Shown: in pieces, positions 27,520 through 38,142 of the stretch
Numbering within the stretch: position 1 is the stretch's first letter
Layout of the letters: every line of letters starts with the position of its first letter
Source of the DNA: a virus
Taxonomy: Duplodnaviria > Caudoviricetes
Virus record (IMG/VR): IMGVR_UViG_3300021400_001413
Coordinates: 15,327-79,326 of that record
DNA length: 64,000 nucleotides
Reading direction: 5' to 3' (one strand)
The notes under the pieces: generated by a model
Seen by the model: only the letters and a program-made list of their open reading frames with translations
The model's database searches: none
What the model was told of the DNA's origin: nothing
Made by a program: the position numbers and the translations under genes

Positions 27520-28686
27520 ATGGAAGGCATTGGATTAGACAACATGCTGGGAGCTGAAGAAGTGGAGAGAATGTTCAGTAACACAGCAGCTCAGGAGGAA
27601 GAAAGAGAAACTCCTGAAAACACAGGGGAGGAGACTCCTGGAAGTGAGAATAATAATGAGACAGAAGAAACTGCTGAGGTAGATTTTTCAGACCTTTTAG
27701 GTAATCAACCAGAGAGCGTAGGCAGTGGAGAGAATACAGAGGGAAACGGGGGAGCACCCAAGTCATCAGATGGCCAAGGTTCTCCACAAACAAATCTCTT
27801 CTCTTCCATTGCCAAGGCAACTAGAGACGAAGGTGTTTTCCCTGACCTTTCTGATGAAGAATTAGACTCTGTAACAGATGCTGCAACCCTTAGGAAACTA
27901 TTTGATGATCAAGTTAAAAAGATGTTGACTGAGGAACAGCAGAGATTGAAAAAAGCTCTGGATGGAGGTGCAAGCTCAGAAGAGATGCAACAGTACCAGC
28001 AGGCCATTAACCTCTCACAGTATCTTGATAACAAGGATACTTATGATACCTTGGTTAAGGAAGGAGAAGAAGGAGAGAAGCTTCGTAAACAGATGATGTA
28101 CCAGGATTATATTAATCGAGGTTTTAAGCATGAGAGGGCAGTGAAAATGATTCAAAAAAGCTTTGATGACGGTACTGATATTGAAGATGCCAAGGAAGCC
28201 TTCAATGCCTGTAAGGAATTCTACAAGCAACAGATTGATGATTTCCAGCAGGAAATGGAAGAGAGGCAGAAGGCCAACAAAGCCAATGAGCAAAAGCAAT
28301 TCTCAAATCTGAAGAAACATATTCTGGATACAGAAAGTTTCTATGATGGTGTAAAGGTAGATAAGCAGACAAGGCAAAAAGCCTATGATTATATTACCAA
28401 ACCCATTTACAAAGATGAGAATGGAAATCTGATGAATGCATTACAGAAGTATCAAAGAGAACATCCAGTGGAATTTATGGAGAATGTTGCCTTGCTGATG
28501 GCTTTAACAGATGATTTTAAGAATGTTAGCAAGCTTACCAATAAGAAGGTACAACAGGGAATAAAAAAGGGATTTGAAGAAGTGGCCAGTGTTTTGAACT
28601 CTACAAGAAGAAACGGAGATGGTACTTTGAATCTGGCAAACAATGCTCCAGATAATGAAGACAGAGAAAGTTGGACTTTAGCATAA
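27520..28686 (+). CDS. putative capsid scaffolding protein
   Basis: Acidic, helical, directly upstream of the MCP; TACTTTTG at 27478-27485. Confidence 0.6.
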   Translation: MEGIGLDNMLGAEEVERMFSNTAAQEEERETPENTGEETPGSENNNETEETAEVDFSDLLGNQPESVGSGENTEGNGGAPKSSDGQGSPQTNLFSSIAKATRDEGVFPDLSDEELDSVTDAATLRKLFDDQVKKMLTEEQQRLKKALDGGASSEEMQQYQQAINLSQYLDNKDTYDTLVKEGEEGEKLRKQMMYQDYINRGFKHERAVKMIQKSFDDGTDIEDAKEAFNACKEFYKQQIDDFQQEMEERQKANKANEQKQFSNLKKHILDTESFYDGVKVDKQTRQKAYDYITKPIYKDENGNLMNALQKYQREHPVEFMENVALLMALTDDFKNVSKLTNKKVQQGIKKGFEEVASVLNSTRRNGDGTLNLANNAPDNEDRESWTLA

Positions 28687-28745
28687 AGTTGAAATATAAA
28701 ACAGGGAAAATAAAATTGTTTATTAATGCTTAATTTTAGTTGATT

Positions 28746-30281
28746 ATGGCTGGACAAATTGGAAAATTTACAATGCAGCATTTTGATGCTTGGGCTCCAA
28801 ACATCACAAAGAAAACGCATATCAGCTCAATCTTTGGTTCTAAGACCCAGAAGGTTCGTGGTTTGATGGTTGAATTGTTGGCTGCTACTAATGGCCCCAC
28901 TTTTGATACATTGGTATCAAAGCTTCCTACAAAGGAATTTGAGAATGGTGATGACTATGTATGGGATGTTACTGGTTCTACAGACCGAGTAATTGAACTG
29001 CTGGAGTGCCGTGATGAGAATGGTGTTGTAGTTGATGCTAATTACACTGATAATGTAGGTGCAGGTACAGCTCCTTTCTATCTGGTATTTGGAGAGCACT
29101 GGTTCTTTAAGGGAGAGACTATTGAAGGTAACCTTGGTAACAAGTATCCTTTGCGAGTTCTTGAGGATGCACGTGAAGAGGGTTCTCGCTATGTGTATAA
29201 GGTAGAGACTATGGCTGGTATCACTGATGGTGTTCCCGCAGAGCGTCTGATGCCTGGTGAGATGTTTAGTTATGGTGCTGCCTTTGTAGAAGGAGGTCTT
29301 TCTCGTAAGGTTGGTGGTATTCGCCATGCAATTCCTGCAACTCTTCGTAATGAGTTCTCTCATATTCGTATTCATCACAAGGTATCTGGTGATATGATGG
29401 ATGATAAGCTGGCTATCTCTGTTCTGGTGAACAAGGGTCAGGGTGTTAAACCAACTCCAGTTAATTCTTGGATGCTGAATGTGGACTTTGAGCTTGAGAA
29501 GACATTCCGTGATTATAAGACTTATGCTCTTGTTTGGGGTCGCAGTAACCGCAATAAGAATGGTGAGTACACTAACATTGGTGTATCAGGTGATGCTATT
29601 CGCACAGGTGCTGGTCTTTATGAGTTGATGGAGCAAGGCGGTAATACTATTTACTACAATGACTCTCCTCTGAAGATGATTGAGGAAGGTCTCTATGCAT
29701 TGTTTGCAGGAAGAACTGACTTCAAGGATAGAGCTGTAACTGTTAGAGGTGGTGAGCGTGGTATTGCTTGGTTGCAGAAGGAAGCTTCTCAGGAGGGATC
29801 AGGCTGGAAGTCAGCTTATGAGTTTGATGCAGTAGCTCTTGGTTTGGCAAAGAAGGCTTCTGCTGCTCATGCTCCTTATGGTGGTGGCATCTCTGTAGCT
29901 ACTCCTCAGGTTGTTGAGTTTATTGCTCCTATGGGTATTAAGATTACCTTTGAGGTTGACCAGAGCAAGGATAACATCAATCACAGTGGTTACAAGCTTA
30001 CACATCCTCTGGGAGGCCCTGTAAGCTCTTATTGCTTTGATATTCTTGACCTTGGTTCAAGTGTAGAGCCAAATATCCAGAAGTGTAAGATTAAGGGACA
30101 TCCTGATGAGTGGATGGGCTATGAGGCTGGTTTCCGCAATCCTTTCACTGGTGCATGGAACAATGACCACATGAGTAACGATGAGGATGCTGCTGTAATT
30201 CACAAGATGGCAGATGTAGGTATTGTTGTTTGGGATCCTACTCGTACAGTAAGGGTTCTTCCTGACATCCTTTCAGATTAA
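28746..30281 (+). CDS. major capsid protein
   Basis: About 511 aa, crAss-like position, strongly biased codons (Arg mostly CGN), followed by a strong hairpin. Confidence 0.85.
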   Translation: MAGQIGKFTMQHFDAWAPNITKKTHISSIFGSKTQKVRGLMVELLAATNGPTFDTLVSKLPTKEFENGDDYVWDVTGSTDRVIELLECRDENGVVVDANYTDNVGAGTAPFYLVFGEHWFFKGETIEGNLGNKYPLRVLEDAREEGSRYVYKVETMAGITDGVPAERLMPGEMFSYGAAFVEGGLSRKVGGIRHAIPATLRNEFSHIRIHHKVSGDMMDDKLAISVLVNKGQGVKPTPVNSWMLNVDFELEKTFRDYKTYALVWGRSNRNKNGEYTNIGVSGDAIRTGAGLYELMEQGGNTIYYNDSPLKMIEEGLYALFAGRTDFKDRAVTVRGGERGIAWLQKEASQEGSGWKSAYEFDAVALGLAKKASAAHAPYGGGISVATPQVVEFIAPMGIKITFEVDQSKDNINHSGYKLTHPLGGPVSSYCFDILDLGSSVEPNIQKCKIKGHPDEWMGYEAGFRNPFTGAWNNDHMSNDEDAAVIHKMADVGIVVWDPTRTVRVLPDILSD

Positions 30282-30424
30282 GATAATAGGCTAAGGTGGG
30301 GATGAGAAGTTGCAGAGCTTCTTCTCTCCCCTCTGAAGCTTTATAAGTGCTCTTGATTCCTTTGGGTTTCATACAACACTATAAAAGAAAAATAAACAAG
30401 AAGTAAAGATAGGAGATACTAAAA

Positions 30425-31348
30425 ATGGGAGAAGAGAAGAAAGAGATGAAAAGCTGTTTGGTAAATGAGAGAGTAATACTCAGAAAATTACCCAAGCGTA
30501 CTAATTTGGTACAAGATTCTAATCATATCATGGGTGATGGAATGCATGAAAATGCTTTCTACATCTATTGTGTACCTAAGTTACAGAAAAGTAATAACTT
30601 CGTTAATGTTCTTACAAAGGAAGAGAAGGATTACTTGGAGTATGTAATGGGTTTGCCTGAGAATGCATTATCTATTTATCGTCAGCCTAAGGAGGAGAAT
30701 TACTGGAGTAATGCTAATCCAAATGGATTGAGTTCAGTGACTCTTAAGAAACGTGATAATATATTTGATATGTCTAAGCCAACAGACTATATTGCTGTAA
30801 AGATTCTGATGGCTAACAAGGATAAGATTTGTCCTTCTATGGAAGAGTGGGCTGCAAGACCAAAGGAAACTTATGAGTTTGTGATTATTCGTGAGGGCCA
30901 GGAAAGCAAGATGTCTAAGAGTAATACTGATGCAACTATTCAGGCTGTTATGAAGCTTGGTAAGATTGCTGATGACAAGGATGTTTTGAAGCTTGTTGTA
31001 GAGACTATGATGGGCAAAAAATATTCAGATGCCACATCATTGGATTGGTTGCAGACACAGGCTCTTGACCTGATTAAGAACACACCAAAGAATGCAAGGA
31101 TGTTCCTTTCTATTATGGAAGATGAGAGTCTTGATAATAAGGTACTTATTCGTAAATGCATCTCAAAAGGTATTATTGCTGACAGGGGCGGATTCTTGTA
31201 TATCAAGGATGGTAATATTCCTATGTGTGGTGATGGTGAGGAGCCAACTTTAAAGATGGCTGCTAAATGGCTTGGTAAACCTGCAAACCAGGAAAGACTC
31301 TTCAAGCTACAGGCATTACTAAAAGGAGAAACTTTAGAAGAAGAATAA
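30425..31348 (+). CDS. conserved crAss-like protein downstream of the MCP
   Basis: 307 aa; synteny. Confidence 0.6.
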   Translation: MGEEKKEMKSCLVNERVILRKLPKRTNLVQDSNHIMGDGMHENAFYIYCVPKLQKSNNFVNVLTKEEKDYLEYVMGLPENALSIYRQPKEENYWSNANPNGLSSVTLKKRDNIFDMSKPTDYIAVKILMANKDKICPSMEEWAARPKETYEFVIIREGQESKMSKSNTDATIQAVMKLGKIADDKDVLKLVVETMMGKKYSDATSLDWLQTQALDLIKNTPKNARMFLSIMEDESLDNKVLIRKCISKGIIADRGGFLYIKDGNIPMCGDGEEPTLKMAAKWLGKPANQERLFKLQALLKGETLEEE

Positions 31349-31414
31349 ACACATCTGCTTGGGGGCTGGGGTGAAAGCCAGTTCCCTCGCAGTATCAAAA
31401 ATAAAAGAGAAGTT

Positions 31415-32155
31415 ATGACAATTACAGAATTTTCAGACCAGTTTGATGTTCTATATAACAACATCACATCAAATCAAGCCCCAGGCTTGAATGAATATGA
31501 GAAGAGCCTTTTTCTCACTAAGGCCGAAAAAGAGATAGTAAAGAACTATTTTTCTGCCCAAAGTAAAGGCAATAATCTTCAGCAGGGTTTTGATGATTCT
31601 GCTAAGAGGCAGGCAGACTTCTCTGTACTTATGAAAACTGGTGCTTGTACATCAGTAACAATGTCTGACACAAATAAGATTGATGAGAGGAGCGAAGTAT
31701 TCTCATATCCCAATGATGTATATATTGTTATCAATGAGACTGTAAAGATAGGTTCTGCTATTAAGCAGGTTATTCCATTGAGATATGATGAATACACACG
31801 ATTGATGTCTAAGCCTTTCAAGAGACCATTGAAGAATCAGGTATGGAGACTTATTAACTCAGGCTCTGTATCAGGTACTATTGCTACAAAGAGAGTAGAG
31901 ATTATTGCTGGAGTAGGAGAGACTGTAAGCTCTTATTCAGTAAGATATGTAAGAGTTCCAAAGCCTATTATTGTAGCTGATTTGGATGGTCTTACTATTG
32001 ATGGTCAAAGTACTGCCTCTACAGAATGTGAGATTGATCCAATCTTGCATGAGGATATTCTTCAGAGAGCAGTAGAGCTTGCAAAGATTGCTTGGACTGC
32101 AACAGGCAATGATAATATACAAGCAGAATTAGCAGCAGGACAACGCAGTGAATAA
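31415..32155 (+). CDS. tail ring protein
   Basis: MTITEFSDQFDVLYN...EYEKSLFLTKA...LHEDILQRAVELA; paralogous to the next gene; synteny with PhicrAss001 ring proteins. Confidence 0.65.
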   Translation: MTITEFSDQFDVLYNNITSNQAPGLNEYEKSLFLTKAEKEIVKNYFSAQSKGNNLQQGFDDSAKRQADFSVLMKTGACTSVTMSDTNKIDERSEVFSYPNDVYIVINETVKIGSAIKQVIPLRYDEYTRLMSKPFKRPLKNQVWRLINSGSVSGTIATKRVEIIAGVGETVSSYSVRYVRVPKPIIVADLDGLTIDGQSTASTECEIDPILHEDILQRAVELAKIAWTATGNDNIQAELAAGQRSE

Positions 32156-32175
32156 CTCATATAATAATAAAAAGT

Positions 32176-32904
32176 ATGACGAGAGAAGAATTCAGTTCCA
32201 GCTTTGATACCTTACTCAATGGGTATGCCAATACTGCTCAGTTTGGTAATTCAAACGCTAAAACAGATATTGTGCTTGATGAGTATGAGAAGTCGGTATT
32301 CCTAACTCAGGCTCAGGAAGAGGAAGCACTCTCTCTTTATACCGGTAAAAATTTGGATAGAGAAGCCTTTGAAGCTACGGAGGAGATAAGAAGATATCTG
32401 TCTCCGCTTATCAAGGAAGCAGAACTTAATCCTATTACTACTACAAATGGAAACTTTCTTGGGCTTGAATCCAACTCAAAATTCTTCACACTGCCACTAG
32501 ACCTTTGGTTTATAACATTTGAGAGGGTAATTATTACTGATGGTAAATGTGGGGGATCTACTAGCTTAGATGTCTATCCTGTAAGACAGGATGAATATCA
32601 TAAAATTCGCAAGAATCCTTTTAGAGGAGCTAATGACAGAAGAGCACTAAGATTGGATTTGTCGGAAGGTAATGTGGAAATTGTTAGTAAGTATGGAGTC
32701 ACATCTTATTACATAAGATATTTGCGTAAACTGAAGCCTATTGTGCTGACAGATTTTGATGCGGATGTTTCAATTAATGGTATATATACAGCTACTGACT
32801 GTGAACTTCCAGAGATTCTTCATCAGAAAATTTTAGAAAGAGCAGTTAGATTAGCTCTGAGGTCTAAAGGTATCAGAATAGAAAATAACAACGAGAATAG
32901 ATAA
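32176..32904 (+). CDS. tail ring protein (paralogue)
   Basis: MTREEFSSSFDTLLN...EYEKSVFLTQA...LHQKILERAVRLA; shares motifs with 31415. Confidence 0.65.
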   Translation: MTREEFSSSFDTLLNGYANTAQFGNSNAKTDIVLDEYEKSVFLTQAQEEEALSLYTGKNLDREAFEATEEIRRYLSPLIKEAELNPITTTNGNFLGLESNSKFFTLPLDLWFITFERVIITDGKCGGSTSLDVYPVRQDEYHKIRKNPFRGANDRRALRLDLSEGNVEIVSKYGVTSYYIRYLRKLKPIVLTDFDADVSINGIYTATDCELPEILHQKILERAVRLALRSKGIRIENNNENR

Positions 32905-32959
32905 TGCCGATGGTTTGCCATTACCAGAAGCTATGTTTAATTTAATTTAATTTACGATT

Positions 32960-33973
32960 ATGGCAATGTTTACAGAAAATCAGTCACGACAGCTTTATGT
33001 CGTAAACAGTGTAGTAGCAGCCAATGCAGACCCTGTAAATGCTGGTGATATTAAAATGAAGGAAACTGCTGATGGTAAGGAGTTCTTCTTCAATATTATG
33101 GGTGCTACAGATGATGGCCTCCAGAGGTCAGATTTGGTTAACAAGTGTCAGATTATGGATATCAGGGCTACTGCTGCTGATGACATGAAACACAAGATGA
33201 AGAAAGTAGAGCTTGTGCTTGATTCTAATGTAAGTGCAACTCCTATTGTTGGCCAGGATTATCTTGTTAATGTCACCATTAAGAACTATATTGCCAATGG
33301 TGATGATTCTATTAAGGTAAAGTTTGGTGCAGCTAAGGCTTTCAGCACTTCTGCTGATGCTCTCTACAAGTCTCTTGCAATTAATCTGGCTAAGAATTTC
33401 AGCCGTGAATCAGTAAAGTTGGTAAAGATTACTTTGAAGGGTGATGCCAACAATACTGAGATTACTTCTAAGACTAAGGTATCTGACCTGAGTGCTATTA
33501 CTGCTACAGGTATTATCTTTGAGGAAGTTGAGCAGCCTTGGAGACTGGGTTGTGCAAAGGTTGAGTATGTAAACTTTGAGGTACAGCCCTCTACTATCTA
33601 TGCTAATCAGATGGATCAGGTATGGGGTGTTGTAACTGATGTTACTGCTAATAATACCAATGCTCTGCCAAACTCAAAGATTGTTGCTGATATGGAGTAC
33701 TTCTTCCATAAGAATCGTGGTGATATCTATGGTATACAGGATTGGCCTAATAACATTGACACCAAGTATATGGTTAACCCATCTCTGGCTGCTGGTTACA
33801 GCATGTTAGACATTCATTTCTACTATGAGGGTAACAGCCATAATATTGGTCACAGCGAGAAGACCATTACTCTGGTAGGTGAAAAGACTGAGTTGGCTAA
33901 GATTGTTTCAGACCTTGAGAACACTGTTCTTTCAGGTTACAATGTAGTTGTCAAGAAGTCTGCTAATTGGTAA
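32960..33973 (+). CDS. auxiliary capsid protein (putative)
   Basis: 337 aa, MFTENQSRQLYV start, highly biased codons, syntenic position. Confidence 0.55.
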   Translation: MAMFTENQSRQLYVVNSVVAANADPVNAGDIKMKETADGKEFFFNIMGATDDGLQRSDLVNKCQIMDIRATAADDMKHKMKKVELVLDSNVSATPIVGQDYLVNVTIKNYIANGDDSIKVKFGAAKAFSTSADALYKSLAINLAKNFSRESVKLVKITLKGDANNTEITSKTKVSDLSAITATGIIFEEVEQPWRLGCAKVEYVNFEVQPSTIYANQMDQVWGVVTDVTANNTNALPNSKIVADMEYFFHKNRGDIYGIQDWPNNIDTKYMVNPSLAAGYSMLDIHFYYEGNSHNIGHSEKTITLVGEKTELAKIVSDLENTVLSGYNVVVKKSANW

Positions 33974-34046
33974 GAGTGCTACTTTTTTGTCTATAACACG
34001 GGGGATGGAGAGTAATCCCCATTCCCCACTTTAAAGTTCTAAGACT

Positions 34047-34499
34047 ATGATGATATATGACAAAATTGTAGAATCAGTTACTGAGCCTCAGTCAACTAAT
34101 GTCATTTGGCTGAGACCTACTGAAGGAGGCTTTGCCTTCTACAGATATAAGAATGGTAAGTGGGATGCCCTGAGAATCATGAATACTAAGGATTCTACAA
34201 CTCCAGAGGATGATGAGCCTTATGATCTTGATGGTGTTGGTGCAAAGAGACTTGCAGACCTTGAGGATGTAACACTGTCTTCTGTAGAGGATGGACAGAT
34301 ACTGAAATATAAGGGTGCTGGTTGGGAGAATGAGGATGATGATTCTGGTACACCAGGTCCTGACACAGTAGGTACTGAGCAGATTATTGATAACTCAGTT
34401 GAGATGGGGGACTTGAATGATAGTGTGAAGAATAAGATTCAGAAGACTTATGATATAAGTGATGAGTCTCTTTCTATGGATTATGATGTACAACCTTAA
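34047..34499 (+). CDS. hypothetical structural protein
   Basis: 150 aa; LADLEDV and IIDNSVEMGDL fibre-like motifs. Confidence 0.5.
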   Translation: MMIYDKIVESVTEPQSTNVIWLRPTEGGFAFYRYKNGKWDALRIMNTKDSTTPEDDEPYDLDGVGAKRLADLEDVTLSSVEDGQILKYKGAGWENEDDDSGTPGPDTVGTEQIIDNSVEMGDLNDSVKNKIQKTYDISDESLSMDYDVQP

Positions 34500-34503
34500 G
34501 AGT

Positions 34504-34734
34504 ATGGCAAAGTCAGCATTACAAGATTATGAGTTCCTTCAGTGTGAGGATGGAATTTACTTTGGAAGAGCATTGAAGAATGGTTCAATCTCCAAGGATG
34601 CCCGCAAGATAACTGATGAGGAGATAGTACAGATGTTCTCAGAGTTTTTGCAGGACTACTGCCTAAGAACAAAGAAACCTTTGGTTCTTGAGAGAAATGG
34701 CAAACCATTTATTCAGGCTCAGATAATAATCTAA
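34504..34734 (+). CDS. hypothetical protein
   Basis: Probable start ATG 34504. Confidence 0.5.
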   Translation: MAKSALQDYEFLQCEDGIYFGRALKNGSISKDARKITDEEIVQMFSEFLQDYCLRTKKPLVLERNGKPFIQAQIII

Positions 34735-34836
34735 TAGGTTTTGATACCTGTTAACACAAGATTCTGATTTGCGGGATAACTACCCGCCACAGATATATAG
34801 TTTAATTTATGTTTAACACTTTAAAGATTTAGTTTT

Positions 34837-35991
34837 ATGCCAGATCCAAAAAAGTATCTTAGTAAAATTGTTAAGGGTACAGATACCCTTTGGTTGAAGG
34901 ATGCAGAGGCTCGTGAGTCTATTGAGGACATCTATTCAAAAATATCAGGTGGTCTTCACTACCTTGGTAAGTCTACAACTCCTATTGCTGATGGTGATGC
35001 TACAGGCCCTTGGGTGATTGACGGTGTTACCTATGTAGTAAGCAATCCTTCTGAGGGTCAGAAGGTTCTTTCTGCTGGTGATATTGCCATCTATGGTGAG
35101 TCTGAGTTCATTTGGTCAGGTGCTTCTGGTAAGTGGCAGGAGTTTGGTTCTACTGGTTCACTTGGTGCTTTGGCATTCAAGGATAGTGCAAGTGGCACTT
35201 ACACCCCTGCTGGTACAAATGCTGCTTCTACAGTATCTTTCACAGGTACAGCTGATGGTGACTTTGTAACTGGTTACAATAATGACGGTGTAGCTCCTAG
35301 CTTTGTTGAGGGTACATTCAGTGCAGGTAGTCTGCCTACATTCCAGGAGGGTGCATTTACTGCTGCTTCTCTGGGTACAGGTTTCTACACTCCTGGTACT
35401 GCTCCTTCATTCTCTGAGGGTGCTTTCAGCGCAGGTTCACTTCCATCAAAGGAGGCTGACACTTTTGATGCTGGATCACTCCCATCAAAGGCTGCTGATA
35501 CCTTTACACAGGGTACACTTCCTTCACTGGGTGCAGAGACTAAGAGTGCCTTCGCTACTGAGGGTGAGGTTTCTACCTATGATGAGGATAATGAGACTCT
35601 GACTCTGAGTGCTGCTTCTACTTCTGATGCTGTTACTGCTCAGGGTACATTTGCTGCTGGTTCTCTGCCAACCTTTACAGAGGGTGCCTTCTCAGCTGGT
35701 TCACTGCCTTCTTACACTGAAGGTGCATTTGATGCAGGCTCTCTGCCTAGCAAGGCAGCTGATACATGGAATGCAGGTTCTATGGCTGCTATTGATGTTA
35801 CCAAGTTTGACGGTGGTTCTAAGGCTGCTGACAGCTTCACTGCTGGTACTCTGCCTTCTAAGGATGCAGATACCTTCAATGCTGGTTCTGCTGCTACTCT
35901 TGCTACATCTAAGGCTATTACAGACCTTGGTACTGCAGAGGCTGCTGCTCAGACCTTCACTGGTACTCAGGCTACTATTACTGTTGAGTAA
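34837..35991 (+). CDS. fibre protein with 13-aa repeats
   Basis: About ten repeats of PS(F/K)x(E/A)(G/D)xFxAGSL; rich in A, G, S and T. Confidence 0.65.
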   Translation: MPDPKKYLSKIVKGTDTLWLKDAEARESIEDIYSKISGGLHYLGKSTTPIADGDATGPWVIDGVTYVVSNPSEGQKVLSAGDIAIYGESEFIWSGASGKWQEFGSTGSLGALAFKDSASGTYTPAGTNAASTVSFTGTADGDFVTGYNNDGVAPSFVEGTFSAGSLPTFQEGAFTAASLGTGFYTPGTAPSFSEGAFSAGSLPSKEADTFDAGSLPSKAADTFTQGTLPSLGAETKSAFATEGEVSTYDEDNETLTLSAASTSDAVTAQGTFAAGSLPTFTEGAFSAGSLPSYTEGAFDAGSLPSKAADTWNAGSMAAIDVTKFDGGSKAADSFTAGTLPSKDADTFNAGSAATLATSKAITDLGTAEAAAQTFTGTQATITVE

Positions 35992-36081
35992 TAAGTCCAC
36001 TATTATAGGGAAGGGGAGGGGTTTAAATCCTCCCTCTCCCTTTCCTTTTAATTCTTTAATCAGAATAAAACATAAAGGATT

Positions 36082-36447
36082 ATGGCAAAGAAATATCTTT
36101 CAATAATAAATAAAGGTAGTAATGATATTTTCATAAAGGACTCAGAGGCTCAGGAAGCTGTGTTCTATAAAGATATATATGTTGGTGCAGCCACTCAGTC
36201 AACAACTATCAAAACTGCTACCTATCATCATGATATACTAGTTAAGGGAAGCTTGGTAGCTATTACTGCAAATAGCCAGAAAATATGGCTTATATTCCCA
36301 GAAGCTATGGAAGTACCAAGTGTGTTCATGAGTGGTATGGAGGTTGCAATGACTTTGCATGGAACCACTACAATAAATGAAGCTACCTATAAGGTGTATA
36401 AGAGTGAATCGCCTTTTACTGGCACATTCAACATTCAATTATTTTAA
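36082..36447 (+). CDS. small fibre/decoration protein
   Basis: Its N-terminus (KKYLSII.KG...IKDSEAQE) matches that of 34837. Confidence 0.5.
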   Translation: MAKKYLSIINKGSNDIFIKDSEAQEAVFYKDIYVGAATQSTTIKTATYHHDILVKGSLVAITANSQKIWLIFPEAMEVPSVFMSGMEVAMTLHGTTTINEATYKVYKSESPFTGTFNIQLF

Positions 36448-36462
36448 GAGAGGAGGTGGTTT

Positions 36463-37053
36463 ATGAGTGTTATATTTGACCAGTTGCGCATTTCAGATGA
36501 TGGCAAGAAGATGTACATTAATCTACATGTCAATAAAGCAGAATACTTTGATGACATCTATCTTGACAGTATTACTATTATGACTGCTGACAAGGTATCA
36601 GAGACTAATCCTAATATGCCAACATCTGACTATATATATAATAAGGTATTTGAGGGTAATCAAAAAGAAGCTGATTTGGTATTGCTACCATCAGATTTCA
36701 ATGAGCACTTTGCAAAGTCTGACTTTAGCAGTGACCTCTTCTTTGTGTTTGTTAAGATTAAAGGAACACCCTCAGAGTGTACTCCATGCAGACTGGATGA
36801 AGAAATTACTCTCGGAGTAACTTTTGATGATAATATGTTGTATCAGAAAGTAATGCAGTTCACTAGAGATCTTGCGGACTCTTGTACCATCTCAAAAGGA
36901 TTTATTGATATGATACTTCTTTGGAATGGATTCAAGGCTGCTGTAAACACAGAGCATTATCTGCCTGCTATTGACTTTTGGAAAAAGATGTTCTATGGGC
37001 ATCATGGTATAAATGGATTGAGTAGTTCTAAACCTTGTGGGTGTCATGGATAA
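36463..37053 (+). CDS. tail hub-like protein
   Basis: 196 aa ending KPCGCHG; synteny. Confidence 0.5.
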   Translation: MSVIFDQLRISDDGKKMYINLHVNKAEYFDDIYLDSITIMTADKVSETNPNMPTSDYIYNKVFEGNQKEADLVLLPSDFNEHFAKSDFSSDLFFVFVKIKGTPSECTPCRLDEEITLGVTFDDNMLYQKVMQFTRDLADSCTISKGFIDMILLWNGFKAAVNTEHYLPAIDFWKKMFYGHHGINGLSSSKPCGCHG

Positions 37054-37423
37054 ATTTATATATACTTCTATTACCCAATATTATGATGCCCTAAGTAGAT
37101 TAGGGTATCATAAATATGGGGATGTATTTAGTCTCTTAATACTAGGTTTCCTTAGAGATTTTGTCTATGAAGATTATAGAGCAAGACTTAGTAGAGAAGA
37201 CTACCATGAGATAGAGAAGGCACTTAATTGCCTATTTGGTTCAAGTTGTTTAATTCCTTATCCAGATTATTTGAAAATGGGAAAATTACATATTGGTGAG
37301 ATGACAGAGATGGCCCATAGGGTTAAGACTCTGGAAAATACAGAGGTATTAAAAGCCTTTGATGGTGACGATGAGAATTCTGACATTATGATTTTGTCAG
37401 AGAATAGTGAAGAATCAGAATAA
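37037..37423 (+). CDS. tail hub-like protein
   Basis: 128 aa, overlapping the previous gene; synteny. Confidence 0.45.
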   Translation: MGVMDKFIYTSITQYYDALSRLGYHKYGDVFSLLILGFLRDFVYEDYRARLSREDYHEIEKALNCLFGSSCLIPYPDYLKMGKLHIGEMTEMAHRVKTLENTEVLKAFDGDDENSDIMILSENSEESE

Positions 37424-37431
37424 TTCATACT

Positions 37432-38139
37432 ATGGCAAAGTATAAGGAAATAGTAAGCATGGTGCTGGATGAGCTGAAGATAACCAGTGATGATAGCATC
37501 TTTACAGAAGAACATATCATCTTTTTGGCGGGTAGGTATAGGAGTTTCTTGTTAAAGCAACGTTATTATACAGACCTGAAAAAACAGATACCAGAGAGTA
37601 ACTATCAGACTCTATGTCTCTCTCTTGAGAGAGTAGAGGCTATAGAAGGACTTCCTTGTATTGGAGGCTACTATCTCCGTACTACAAAGCCAGTGCCTAA
37701 TTTGTTACCTTTTGGTAATTCTCGTTTTTATACTTCTGCCAGTTATTTTAAAGGAGATATTACTATGGTTAGCAAGGATAGATTCAAGTATGTAGGCAGT
37801 AATAAATACATGCAGAACATCCTTTATGCTTGCCTTGGCCCAGATTCCTATGTTTACATTACAAGTAGTAATCCTCAGTTCCTTTATCTTGAAGGGGAGA
37901 ATAAGCTTAAAGTGACTGGTATCTTTGAGAATGCAGAAGAAGCCTCTAATCTTGAATGTGATAATCAGGGAAACCCTGAAACGTGTGATATACTTGACAG
38001 GGACTTTCCTATGGAAGATGCTCTCATAGCCCCACTCATAGAACTTATTACTAAGGAATTATCTCCATCTGTTGCTGCCCCAGAAGATAAAGAGAATAAT
38101 GCCAATGACAATTTAAGTCCTGAATCTCAAGCGAGGTAA
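37432..38139 (+). CDS. tail ring protein (putative)
   Basis: 235 aa; synteny. Confidence 0.5.
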   Translation: MAKYKEIVSMVLDELKITSDDSIFTEEHIIFLAGRYRSFLLKQRYYTDLKKQIPESNYQTLCLSLERVEAIEGLPCIGGYYLRTTKPVPNLLPFGNSRFYTSASYFKGDITMVSKDRFKYVGSNKYMQNILYACLGPDSYVYITSSNPQFLYLEGENKLKVTGIFENAEEASNLECDNQGNPETCDILDRDFPMEDALIAPLIELITKELSPSVAAPEDKENNANDNLSPESQAR

Positions 38140-38142
38140 AAT

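Noticed and set aside
22431-30281. Inteins or introns in TerL, portal or MCP
   Set aside because: The ORFs are continuous and of ordinary size, with no intein or endonuclease motifs seen.
35078-36106. Alternative-frame ORFs over the repetitive fibre gene, and most antisense ORFs in the track
   Set aside because: They are shadows of codon-biased real genes, lacking leaders and recognisable motifs.
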